Source: an uncultured Candidatus Saccharibacteria bacterium (lineage in GTDB: Bacteria; Patescibacteriota; WWE3; 2-01-FULL-39-13). From it: 64,000 nt of DNA. Positions within the stretch are counted from its first letter, which is position 1, and each line of letters opens with the position of its first letter. Shown here one piece after another: positions 10,784 through 20,289 of this stretch. Made by a program: the position numbers and the translations under genes. Below the pieces are notes generated by a model. That model saw nothing but the letters and a program-made list of their open reading frames with translations, was not told where the DNA came from and searched no databases. Location of the stretch: contig OZ246395.1 of assembly GCA_965230915.1 (NCBI GenBank), positions 792,935 to 856,934 of the forward strand, written 5' to 3'.

Positions 10784-11701
10784 TTGAAAGATAAAGACCG
10801 ATCCGAAATACCAGATTATCCAATTTTCAAAAAGATTAAATGGGAACATAAGTCCTATATAGAAAAATTTAACACACAATTACTCCCCTATTGTGACTTC
10901 TCCTTCTCGAATTTATATATATGGAAACCGGATGAATTTGAGACAGAGTTATCGACCCTTAATGAAAATTTAATTATTAAAACTAAAAATATACAGACAA
11001 ATAAAATAAATATATCCCTTTTAGGTACTAATTTAATAGTTGAAACTATTAAAATACTACTCGAAGACTTCGGAGAAATATCACTATTCCCGGATGAATT
11101 ACTTAAATTCATACCAAATGAACATTTCAGAATACTAGAAGATCCCAATAATCATGATTACATACTTTCTACTGAAAGAATATCTGCTCTAGAGGGTAAA
11201 CGTTTTTTGAGCAAAAGAAAGCGTATTAATAAATTTCAGAGAGAATATCCTAATAGTAAGGTTATGATTCTTGATAATTCCGATAAAAATAAACTAACTG
11301 AGACTGTATTAGGTGTATTTCAGAAATGGAAATCATCAAAAAAAAACTTCTTAAATTACAATGAACAAACTGAGGTTACTGCCATAAAAAGGCTAATGGA
11401 TATAGCAAATTACAGCGACATTGAAATATGGACACTTGAAATTGATGGTGAAACTAAAGCATTTACAACAATAGAGTATGTGAACAAGGAATACGCTATA
11501 TCTAGTTTCGCTAAATCAGATTTATCCTATCCGGATGCTAATGTATATTTAACATATAAAACAGCTGAATATTTACATAACGTAAAAAACGTAGAGTTTT
11601 TAAACCATGAACAAGATCTAGGCATTATTAATCTTAGGTCGGAGAAATTATCTTGGAGACCAGTTAATTTGTTAAAAAAATATATTATTAAAAATGTCTG
11701 A
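10784..11701 (+). CDS. DUF2156 / aminoacyl-tRNA-dependent transferase (LPG synthase C-terminal-like) protein
   Basis: CDFSFSNLYIW, DYIL...LEGKRF..KR..INKF, NHEQDLGI.NLR..KLSWRP. Confidence 0.8.
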   Translation: MKDKDRSEIPDYPIFKKIKWEHKSYIEKFNTQLLPYCDFSFSNLYIWKPDEFETELSTLNENLIIKTKNIQTNKINISLLGTNLIVETIKILLEDFGEISLFPDELLKFIPNEHFRILEDPNNHDYILSTERISALEGKRFLSKRKRINKFQREYPNSKVMILDNSDKNKLTETVLGVFQKWKSSKKNFLNYNEQTEVTAIKRLMDIANYSDIEIWTLEIDGETKAFTTIEYVNKEYAISSFAKSDLSYPDANVYLTYKTAEYLHNVKNVEFLNHEQDLGIINLRSEKLSWRPVNLLKKYIIKNV

Positions 11702-12620
11702 TTGGTTAATATATCCAGCTGTAGCTGCATTTTTATGGGCTTCGGTAAACCACCTTGATAAATATATACTTTCTAAATATTGTAAGGAGAGGGAGGTCGG
11801 AGGGTTAGTAATATTTTCCGGACTTATTGCGGTTCCAATCTTATTACTCCTACTATTAATTGATCCGAATATTATTTTAGGGAAAAGTATTGAATCTATT
11901 ATCTTCGTGGTATTAAGCGGCGCATGTTATATTGCGGCTATAATTCCTTACTTATATGCACTCGATACTGATGATGTATCAACAGTAGCACCACAAATGA
12001 TACTAATACCTGTTATATCTGCGATCTTCGCATATATTTTCCTTAGTGAAACATTAACTTTTATACAATTGCTAGGAACATGTATCACTATTATTGGTTC
12101 TATCCTCATATCCTTAGACATAAGAGATGTACTAAAGACTAGATTTAAATCTAGAGTATTCTTTTTAATGCTTATCTCATCAGTGTTTATGTCTTTAAAT
12201 GTATTTTTCTTTAGGTATGCAGCAGTAGCCGAAGATTTCATTTCTGAAGTTTTTTGGCTTCATTTAGGTTATCTTTTGATAACAATAATTATTTTTATTT
12301 TTATAAAATCGTATCGACAACAATTTATTAAGCTTATAAAAATCAATCCAAAAGGGATAATCTCTATTAATTTTATCAGTGAAGTTACTACAATTGGAGG
12401 AAATCTCTTAGTTCACTATGCAACTTTATTAGCCCCTATAGCGTTAGTAGAAGTAGCTGTTGAGGGTATACAACCCTTTTTTGTTCTAGCAATAAGTATA
12501 ATCATTACAGTTTTTCATCCGAGTTTAGGAAAAGAACACCTCAACTACAAAGAAACATTTTTGAAATTAGGAGCAATCACCTTAATGGCAATCGGAATCA
12601 TCCTAATCAACATATCCTAG
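11694..12620 (+). CDS. EamA/DMT family transporter
   Basis: About 10 TM with duplicated architecture; overlaps upstream stop. Confidence 0.8.
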   Translation: MSDWLIYPAVAAFLWASVNHLDKYILSKYCKEREVGGLVIFSGLIAVPILLLLLLIDPNIILGKSIESIIFVVLSGACYIAAIIPYLYALDTDDVSTVAPQMILIPVISAIFAYIFLSETLTFIQLLGTCITIIGSILISLDIRDVLKTRFKSRVFFLMLISSVFMSLNVFFFRYAAVAEDFISEVFWLHLGYLLITIIIFIFIKSYRQQFIKLIKINPKGIISINFISEVTTIGGNLLVHYATLLAPIALVEVAVEGIQPFFVLAISIIITVFHPSLGKEHLNYKETFLKLGAITLMAIGIILINIS

Positions 12621-12637
12621 TCCTCCATTAGCCAATA

Positions 12638-12677
12638 AAAAAAGGGCGGTGCAGGTTACCCTGCGACCACCCTTTTT
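12638..12677. terminator. Bidirectional intrinsic terminator
   Basis: AAAAAGGGCGGT-GCAGG...CCTGC-GACCACCCTTTTT between convergent genes. Confidence 0.75.
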
Positions 12678-12693
12678 GGATGAATCCTTTAAA

Positions 12694-13422
12694 TTAGTTA
12701 GAGATCTTTTTAAGACCAAATCCTACTAAAATTAATCCTAATGATATAGATCCGGCAAGAATCAAGTTTGCCTTTTCTTTCTGGCTGACTTCTAATGATC
12801 CTCCAGTTACTGGCAATCTCTTTGGAGATTCTTTACCTTTTACCTTTGGTAGTTCGAGACAGAAATTTGCATAGTCTGAATCGTCTACTTTTTCATCGCT
12901 ATTTTCTAACTCACCTTTTGCTTTCGCAATGTTTGTTAAACAGATACGATCGTTTTTTGGAAGATCGCTAGATACTTTAGCTGTAAATTCAAATTCTTTT
13001 GATTCTCCAGCATCTAAAGTGAATTCGTCGAATTCTACTTTAGTGTTGTTATCTTTTCCGTCTCCATCTCCGTTTCTGTATTTAACGAATGAAGGTAATA
13101 TATCTTCTAATTTAATGTTCTCGATTGTAATATCGCCTACGTTTTTTACGACGATACTAAAAGTTATAGTTTCGCCTGCTCTAAATGTATAAGGATGTGA
13201 TCCTCCGCTAGCTTTAATATGATCTTCAAAATCTCCTGTTTCAGGATTTTTGATCTTTTTGTTAACTTCTAGATCTCCTTCTTTATCTTCGATACAAGTT
13301 TCACCACCACCGTACTGATCTACACAAACCTTCTTTGCGTAAGAATTAACGGTACTTATTTGTAGAGCTCCGATGCTTAAGATTAATGCACCAAGAACTT
13401 GCAAGACTTTAATAGTATTCAT
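12694..13422 (-). CDS. Secreted DUF11-like Ig-fold protein with LPVTG anchor motif
   Basis: Signal peptide; ITFSIVVKNVG...DILP; C-terminal LPVTG + TM + KK. Confidence 0.75.
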   Translation of the reverse strand: MNTIKVLQVLGALILSIGALQISTVNSYAKKVCVDQYGGGETCIEDKEGDLEVNKKIKNPETGDFEDHIKASGGSHPYTFRAGETITFSIVVKNVGDITIENIKLEDILPSFVKYRNGDGDGKDNNTKVEFDEFTLDAGESKEFEFTAKVSSDLPKNDRICLTNIAKAKGELENSDEKVDDSDYANFCLELPKVKGKESPKRLPVTGGSLEVSQKEKANLILAGSISLGLILVGFGLKKISN

Positions 13423-13472
13423 GGCAGTCTTAGTTTTGGGGCAGAAACTAACAATTAAATATTAATGGGCGT

Positions 13473-13501
13473 ATTATAAACCCTATAGTAGCAGATGTCA
13501 A
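13473..13501 (-). promoter_or_regulatory. Consensus sigma70 promoter
   Basis: TTGACA-17-TATAAT on minus strand; CTATAG in spacer. Confidence 0.8.
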
Positions 13502-16500
13502 GTCTTATAGCGCCTTGACCCATAGAAGCTCAGTATACCATAAATCGTCGACAAAACCGCAAGGAATAGGGCAAATACGAGGTATCCCCCTATTTGCAAT
13601 AACTGCGGCCAGAAAATTATAGCGTAATTTGATATATCCTCTTGATTATCTATATGCCAACCGTTAGCCCAGTTATTATACAAAAAATGGCTTGATTTAG
13701 GCGTTTTACAGAAGCCGGGGGAAACTATCCCTAAAAAACAGCTATTTAGGTCCAATAGTACCCACCCATTATCAAATGATTGATTTAGCACTAAATTAAG
13801 GCCTTTTTCGAGGTTTGCGCCAGTTAGGTCAATATTATATTGATATAAAGCCTTTTTCGTTACGGTAATTTGGTCGGCACTTGTAACTAGGTTATTGCCT
13901 AGATCTTTTATTGCAACCTCTTTAAACCATGCATATGGAAGATACTTAACATCAACGCCATATAGGTTGTTTTGGGTCGGAATTCGCCCAATTGAAGAGT
14001 TATTTAAGCTTATATTTACGCCCCCAGCACTTGTGTACGAAGGCAGTAAATAAGATTCTTTGCCTCCATTTAACCTTTCTTGTAAAAGACATTTACCTAT
14101 ATTTATCCCCCAGAAACAGACGTCGAAGCCCTGGCCGCTCAATTTTTCGGTGTCAAAAGTTACCATATAGCTGGCGTTTGTATTTATAATCGATGATTCT
14201 AAGGTGTCGCAAGAAATAGCGTCTTCTGCATAATATTGATAAGCGTCACGTCCTCCTAAATTGATCAAATCGCGTTTGTAGCTTTTTTCGCTAAATTCGT
14301 CGCAACTTCCTACCTGGGAATTGTATTTTTTACTTCCAGCCAAGTAATTAGATGAAAGTTCATCATACTCGGGTAATTTCACCTTTAGTGGAAAATCCGA
14401 CGCTTTTATTGAAATATTCTTTTCTAATCCCCTTAAGGCTGGATTTAATAATTTACGGACACTTTTAACATCAAATCTTTCGATTTTTATATTTTTGAAT
14501 TGTCCAGATACTGCTGCGTTTTGATCAGTAGAAGCCAGAACCAAAACAAACCTGACAACCTCGGGATGATCTATCAAAACATAATCTTCATATGAGTTAA
14601 ATCCTTCAACCGATAATTCTGGACGACTTTTATATTGTTGGTTATGACACTCACCGGTCTGTGTATCACTTAAACAATACATCGGAACTGCCGCATCGGA
14701 ATTTTTATAATCAAATGAAATTTTATATATTACAGAAGACGAATTACTAATTCGATCTTCGAAATTTAGACACCCTGTTAAGCCATCTTCGGTTTCGAGG
14801 CCGACACTTTTTTCGGATTCATTATAAATTTTGCCGACTCCGCCTTCCCCGCCACTACAGTCAGTTGCAACTGCAGAATATGATGTGTCGCTATAATCAA
14901 AAATTCCGGAATTAGTTTGGCTGAATTCTACAATATCAGATGACTCATCAATTAATCCCTGAAATTTCAAATCATTAGATTTTAATAAAACATTATTTAT
15001 TAGAATTTGGTTTGCTCCGGTTGAAATCGCAGGAAATAAATCTTGCGGAACATTGGTGAAGATTGCATCGCCCTTATTATTGTAAATTTCCGGATATATA
15101 TACTTAACCTGCAATTGAGAGTTCTGCAAACTAAATTCAACCGGAATGGCTTCTCTTCTAGATGCAAATGGAATACTTACCGCATAAGTTTTGTTAGGAT
15201 CACTTTTTGCATCATTTTGTATATTTATTTCAAATTCTTTTGAATCATTTAATTTATTTAAATCGACTGAATCAAAAATATTATTTTGATAATAATCGAC
15301 GACCTTCGCTACATAGTTAGTGTCGTAGTATGAATAATCATCTTCATAATTAATTTCACGAGTGGGAACAATATCTTTTGGAATTTCTATATAATTTTCT
15401 GAAATAGTTGGGTTTCTAAAATCATAAACCTCGATATTTCCGAATGTACTTGAAAGTTTTAGATCTTTAGTTTTGCTTAATAATTGTGAAGTCTCTTTAT
15501 AAAATAAAGATTGAGGAGTATTCGGAGAAATTATGTTTTTATCCAAAATCACATAAGACACATCATATTTCTTTAGCAAATACTGAAGTAACTCTTGATC
15601 TTCGTTATAAATCGCATATTGCAGCTCTGTATAAAATTGCTCATTCGCCGGATGCCATCTATCAAAATCGCGGGTAACAAATGATTGAGCTAAACCAAAC
15701 CACGCAAAACCGGCACCCTGATAGCCTTCGCTCCCCCAATCATAATATTGCCACCCGTATAAACTGTTTGCGGGTAAATATACAATTCTTTTGTTCGGAT
15801 TTTCCTTTTCGAATTTATCAAATAGATTTCGATATTCGATCGGAAACTTAATTTGCATTTCTTTTGAAATTAAATTTCCCGTAAAAAATGGATACATATA
15901 TAAGATTGGCAATGCAATCAAAACCCATAAAATTGTCTTTTTAATTTGCGGAGTTATTTTATTTGTAAGGTCCAGTAAGAAAATAATCCCAACGACAAAG
16001 AATAAGCTGTAGCCGAATTGTAATAAGATAGAAAATTTCGAATATGGAAATCTAAGTCCTTCTCTAAATAGTTCAAAGTGTTCTCGTAAGTAATACCAAA
16101 TCGGAGCCAAAATTCCGTTTGCACCAATAACCATAAAAAGCCATAAACCGAAAACTGGAATTAGCGAGATCAAAACTTTTTTATTTTTTAAAATTGATGC
16201 AACTATCCCAACTATAATAATCGCGAAAAATAAAAGTCCGATAAATAGCACTAACGGATTCGCCATATAACCGCGCCAAAAATCCATTAGGTATCCGTTT
16301 TGTCCTGTTGTGTATTTATAGTCGAGCCACCCAAATAAAAATCCTCTTAAAATCGGAAAATCCAACCATGTTCCCCATTTGGTGCTGTATAAAAATGCTT
16401 CTTCGGAAAATAAACTGTTAATTTTTGATGCCGAGACCGAATCGGAATAGTTTTTTATGTAATATAGATTTGGAAGAATCCAATAGAGATTTAGTAAAAT

Positions 16501-17196
16501 GAATGCTGCTCCAATATATATAGATCGCAACAAAACTTTTATTCGATCATTACTTATTAGTAAGTAAACAAATAAAAACCCTGCAACCGAGCCAATTAGG
16601 GCATAATATAAAACCGGTGCATAACCTTGTGGAGTTCCCAAGAATATAAACAAACACAGCAATAAATAATCTTTTAATTTGGCTTTTCGGATAAATTTTA
16701 AAACATACAAAAATATCCAAGGAAGCACCATGAACTGAGCATTAAACATTTCAAATGGGACAAAGAAGATTTGAAGTGTACCCAGATTAAAGATGTAAAA
16801 AGATGTGGCCAAAAGCGCCAACAAATTTTTATGCGGACGATGTTTAAATAGATATTTACCCAAAAAGTACATTCCCAGCGAACCTATTAAAAGGGTCAAA
16901 AAAAAGTATGAATATCGCAAAATCGAAACCGGCATTACAAAAGAAGCAAGCCATAGATAAATAAATCGTGGAATGTCTGACGCATGAGCGTGTCCACCGG
17001 CTGTACCTAATCCCTGGTATTCGTTCCAAACGCCGAAAAATTGTCTTTGGAAATTTATGCCGAAATTGAATTCATCGCTTAAGCTATCCCAGCCTAAAAG
17101 CCATGTACCAGAAATATGGTTGGCAAAGGCTAATATTAATACGACCACAGAAATGGCAATAGGATATAAAAACCGACGTGGAAGATCCGCCTTCAT
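13498..17196 (-). CDS. Large GT-C-like membrane glycosyltransferase with extracellular carbohydrate-binding-like domains (AftD-like architecture)
   Basis: N-terminal multi-TM region, long soluble region, LVLNQSFDNGW...NNWANGW and a C-terminal TM. Confidence 0.65.
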   Translation of the reverse strand: MKADLPRRFLYPIAISVVVLILAFANHISGTWLLGWDSLSDEFNFGINFQRQFFGVWNEYQGLGTAGGHAHASDIPRFIYLWLASFVMPVSILRYSYFFLTLLIGSLGMYFLGKYLFKHRPHKNLLALLATSFYIFNLGTLQIFFVPFEMFNAQFMVLPWIFLYVLKFIRKAKLKDYLLLCLFIFLGTPQGYAPVLYYALIGSVAGFLFVYLLISNDRIKVLLRSIYIGAAFILLNLYWILPNLYYIKNYSDSVSASKINSLFSEEAFLYSTKWGTWLDFPILRGFLFGWLDYKYTTGQNGYLMDFWRGYMANPLVLFIGLLFFAIIIVGIVASILKNKKVLISLIPVFGLWLFMVIGANGILAPIWYYLREHFELFREGLRFPYSKFSILLQFGYSLFFVVGIIFLLDLTNKITPQIKKTILWVLIALPILYMYPFFTGNLISKEMQIKFPIEYRNLFDKFEKENPNKRIVYLPANSLYGWQYYDWGSEGYQGAGFAWFGLAQSFVTRDFDRWHPANEQFYTELQYAIYNEDQELLQYLLKKYDVSYVILDKNIISPNTPQSLFYKETSQLLSKTKDLKLSSTFGNIEVYDFRNPTISENYIEIPKDIVPTREINYEDDYSYYDTNYVAKVVDYYQNNIFDSVDLNKLNDSKEFEINIQNDAKSDPNKTYAVSIPFASRREAIPVEFSLQNSQLQVKYIYPEIYNNKGDAIFTNVPQDLFPAISTGANQILINNVLLKSNDLKFQGLIDESSDIVEFSQTNSGIFDYSDTSYSAVATDCSGGEGGVGKIYNESEKSVGLETEDGLTGCLNFEDRISNSSSVIYKISFDYKNSDAAVPMYCLSDTQTGECHNQQYKSRPELSVEGFNSYEDYVLIDHPEVVRFVLVLASTDQNAAVSGQFKNIKIERFDVKSVRKLLNPALRGLEKNISIKASDFPLKVKLPEYDELSSNYLAGSKKYNSQVGSCDEFSEKSYKRDLINLGGRDAYQYYAEDAISCDTLESSIINTNASYMVTFDTEKLSGQGFDVCFWGINIGKCLLQERLNGGKESYLLPSYTSAGGVNISLNNSSIGRIPTQNNLYGVDVKYLPYAWFKEVAIKDLGNNLVTSADQITVTKKALYQYNIDLTGANLEKGLNLVLNQSFDNGWVLLDLNSCFLGIVSPGFCKTPKSSHFLYNNWANGWHIDNQEDISNYAIIFWPQLLQIGGYLVFALFLAVLSTIYGILSFYGSRRYKT

Positions 17197-17269
17197 TACT
17201 AAAGTGTACTTTAATTATGGAGATTAGACACGAATCAATCCCTACCAAGCAGGGATTGAAATTCGTTAC

Positions 17270-18046
17270 TTAAGGAAGTACTGCTAATTTAGCTTGTTTT
17301 GTAAGCCCAAATTTAGGCATACTTTCTTTAGCTAATAAGTAACTTAATATGAAAGTGTCTCTGACAGCTTTAAAAATAACTTTTAGATTACTTCCGGTAG
17401 AAGATCCAAATTGTCTTTTATAGTGGTTAACTCCGATTTGTTTAAATTTGTAACCGTTTCTATATGACTTTAATAAAAATTCAGTTGTGACCATAGCCCC
17501 ATCACTAACTAATGGGCTGGCAGCAACAATAACTTCTTTTCTTATTAATTTAAAAGCACAATCAATATCTCTTATTGATCTTGGGAATCCTAAAAAGATT
17601 CTATTCCAGACTTTTAGAGTATCGGCTAACAATTTTCTTTTGAACCCTTCCGCTCTGACTTTTCTATAACCAATAACAAGGTCATTATTTTTAGCAAAAG
17701 GAATGAATTTTGTGATTTCGTTTAAATCAAATTGTAAATCTCCGTCGCTAAAAAATACCCAATCATATTTGGCTTCTTTAAAACCTCTTTTTACGGCTCC
17801 TCCGTATCCTTTGTTTCTTTGAGATACTAATCTCACAGAAGGATATTTCGCCTCTAATTTTTTAGCAATTTCTCTTGTTTTGTCTTTACTACCATCGTTT
17901 ACTAAAACGATCTCGAATTTTTCAGCTACTTTTGGGAAAACTTTTAATGATTCGGCGACTAGTTTTTCTACATTTGCTTCCTCGTTGTATAGAGGAAAGA
18001 AGACTGAAAGTCCTTTAAGTTTTAGGGTAGGTTTACTTACTTTCAT
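17270..18046 (-). CDS. GT2 polyprenol-phosphate glycosyltransferase (DPM1-like)
   Basis: FFPLYNE, VNDGSKD, NKGYGGA, DGDLQFD, DIDCAFKL. Confidence 0.9.
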   Translation of the reverse strand: MKVSKPTLKLKGLSVFFPLYNEEANVEKLVAESLKVFPKVAEKFEIVLVNDGSKDKTREIAKKLEAKYPSVRLVSQRNKGYGGAVKRGFKEAKYDWVFFSDGDLQFDLNEITKFIPFAKNNDLVIGYRKVRAEGFKRKLLADTLKVWNRIFLGFPRSIRDIDCAFKLIRKEVIVAASPLVSDGAMVTTEFLLKSYRNGYKFKQIGVNHYKRQFGSSTGSNLKVIFKAVRDTFILSYLLAKESMPKFGLTKQAKLAVLP

Positions 18047-18128
18047 AGACCTATGGTAACAAGCTATAGGGTATGTGTCAAGCCCAAAAGTGGACTTAAA
18101 AATAGCCTATAAATTGAGTGAAATAAGT

Positions 18129-18593
18129 TTATTCTGTGTAGCCTAAGGTACATCCCCACGGACATTTAACGATAACCGGGTAGTAGGCTCCTAGTTCAGT
18201 ATCATTAGGCCTTATAATTGTTGGGATGGCTGCGTCGCCTGTACCAACTGGTTCAATATATTTATTTTCGCTGTAGCTCCAAACAAGAATGTCAGAGTTT
18301 GTTAAAACGTCCCTGTCTCCATCGTAGAAACAGACATCATTTTCAGCTAAAGGTATATTTGTGCCTATCCATTCTCGGCATGGCTTTGTATTTTCTGGCC
18401 CTCTAGTTGTAACTACTGAGCGAGCTGAAGCTTCTAATTTTGAAGCCTTTTCTGTAAGAGCAGAAACTTCTAATTTAAGCTTGTTATTTAGATTGAAATA
18501 ATCGTAAGCAACATACCCTACACCTACTAAAAATAGTGTTACGACGATCGAATAGTATAAATAATAATTTGTATTTATTTTTAGATTAAACAT
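18129..18593 (-). CDS. Hypothetical membrane-anchored protein
   Basis: N-terminal TM, short coiled coil, Cys-containing domain. Confidence 0.6.
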   Translation of the reverse strand: MFNLKINTNYYLYYSIVVTLFLVGVGYVAYDYFNLNNKLKLEVSALTEKASKLEASARSVVTTRGPENTKPCREWIGTNIPLAENDVCFYDGDRDVLTNSDILVWSYSENKYIEPVGTGDAAIPTIIRPNDTELGAYYPVIVKCPWGCTLGYTE

Positions 18594-18650
18594 ATTTTTG
18601 AATCCTTCTTAAATTCAACAAATTGCTTTTTTGATTTTAAGAAAAACTGT

Positions 18651-18753
18651 GAAGACGGCGAGAAGAAAGAAGAAGGGGTGTATTTTTTATAGTCGATGTG
18701 ACTGTAAAAAAGTGTCTATTTACACCTCCTTTCTCTTTTTCTCTGCCGTCTTC
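18651..18753 (-). terminator. 103-nt imperfect 3' hairpin of GC-rich unit
   Basis: GAAGACGGC...GCCGTCTTC outer arms with purine/pyrimidine middle arms; T-tract follows on minus strand. Confidence 0.7.
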
Positions 18754-18771
18754 GAACGAACACAAACATGA

Positions 18772-19905
18772 CTACCTCACGACATCGGTTGTGGCGATTG
18801 CCAACACCTCGTTGCCGGAGATAACCGCGATGCGCACATGCACGACGTTGCATCCCATGGGGACGGAACAATTCGCGCCAGCGTTCGCTGCGGTTGGTTT
18901 GTTAAGGACTGTATCCCGATTGAGCATATTGCCCGTAACGTGAGACATTCCCGCCCAAATGGCCTGAGGGAGATATTCACCCCACCAGTACCGACCCCAA
19001 ACCGTAAACCCGCTGTCAACGTGTTGATCTTCATACGAAGACGTAACGTTGCCAACGTTAATGATCATGAGCGCGCAACCGTCGCCGGTGTCCTGCTCGC
19101 CGTCACCATCTGTGTCTTTGGTGCTACCAATACAAGTCCCTAACGGGGCGATGTTGTAGTCACCGGTGATGATACGGTAATGCTGCGCCGGAGTGACAAT
19201 GTCACACAACTCTTCCTGCTGGCAAAACGATGATTCGGCCATGCCGTATTCCAAACCTTGAGAGGCTGGGTACGTCAAGTTCGGGTTCACCACGTTGTCA
19301 ACATTCGGAAACTGCTTCCAGATCCCCAAATCCAGGTTATACCAAGGCCAGGCCTTGATATGCTCAGGAGCGAGGTTGGTGTAAGACACCGCCCATTGCC
19401 CTTGTGGCAAATTCGGTAAAACAACTGCTGCTTGCGCTGATGGCGATTGCGGCATCGACGCTTGGGTTAAACCTCCAACTGCTGCGGCACTTACTTCGCC
19501 TGTCGGGCTAGACAGATTAAAAGCATCTGTCGTAGGCACGGCGGCTACCGTCTGCGGCGTTGCTGTCGGAACCAAGATCACCTCGCTCGTAGGCGCGGCT
19601 GCAACTGCTTGCGCGGTTGCCGTTGGAACCAAAACTGGCGCTGCACCATTCGCTAGAGGAGCTTGTTGCGACACACTCGTCGGTGCACTGACTGACGGCA
19701 CTGATCCCCCAGGCTGGTTAGCCGGATTCACAATTGTCGTCGGCGTCGGCGCGACCTCAAGAGTCATAACGCTGCCAAGCTTGGCTTCGGGCTGGTTGGG
19801 CGCTGCTGTCTGGTTAATACTCCATATGGCAAGCCCTCCAATCACGAAGACCAAAATCCCTGTTAACACGATTGTTGCCAATCGGCGTTGCTCAGGTGTA
19901 CTCAT
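18772..19905 (-). CDS. GC-rich exported protein with PT/A-rich linker and Cys-containing C-terminal domain
   Basis: N-terminal TM, VPTATAQ/VPTATPQ repeats; own promoter and structured leader. Confidence 0.75.
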   Translation of the reverse strand: MSTPEQRRLATIVLTGILVFVIGGLAIWSINQTAAPNQPEAKLGSVMTLEVAPTPTTIVNPANQPGGSVPSVSAPTSVSQQAPLANGAAPVLVPTATAQAVAAAPTSEVILVPTATPQTVAAVPTTDAFNLSSPTGEVSAAAVGGLTQASMPQSPSAQAAVVLPNLPQGQWAVSYTNLAPEHIKAWPWYNLDLGIWKQFPNVDNVVNPNLTYPASQGLEYGMAESSFCQQEELCDIVTPAQHYRIITGDYNIAPLGTCIGSTKDTDGDGEQDTGDGCALMIINVGNVTSSYEDQHVDSGFTVWGRYWWGEYLPQAIWAGMSHVTGNMLNRDTVLNKPTAANAGANCSVPMGCNVVHVRIAVISGNEVLAIATTDVVR

Positions 19906-20237
19906 TTGTACTTACCTTTCTAAGGGTCTCCCCTTCATACCACTCTCTCGATAAAAAACGGGTTAGTTCTTGATAATAGACACATCCAAAAAGCCTAAAT
20001 TAGCCCGATATGATAGGCCTATAAGCTTCCTCGATGTGTCCATCAAGAACTAATATTTTTGTTTGTGTTCGTCATATGAAATCTGCCTTTTCTCAAGAGC
20101 CGTAGCTAAGAGAGTAACAGCGTCATATTATTTGAAAGTGCTTCCTTAAAAGCTAATTTTAAGGAGCTTTAGGCCAACAAGTTAAACTTCTTGGCTCTTT
20201 AGGAATGCCCTTTTTAGACCTCCCGAAAGATGCTCGA

Positions 20238-20266
20238 ATTATACTATAGGACTCGTAAATTGTCAA
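20238..20266 (-). promoter_or_regulatory. Consensus sigma70 promoter, about 325-nt leader to 19905
   Basis: TTGACA-17-TATAAT on minus strand. Confidence 0.85.
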
Positions 20267-20289
20267 TGGGGGCAAGGGTTTTCTAGCTT

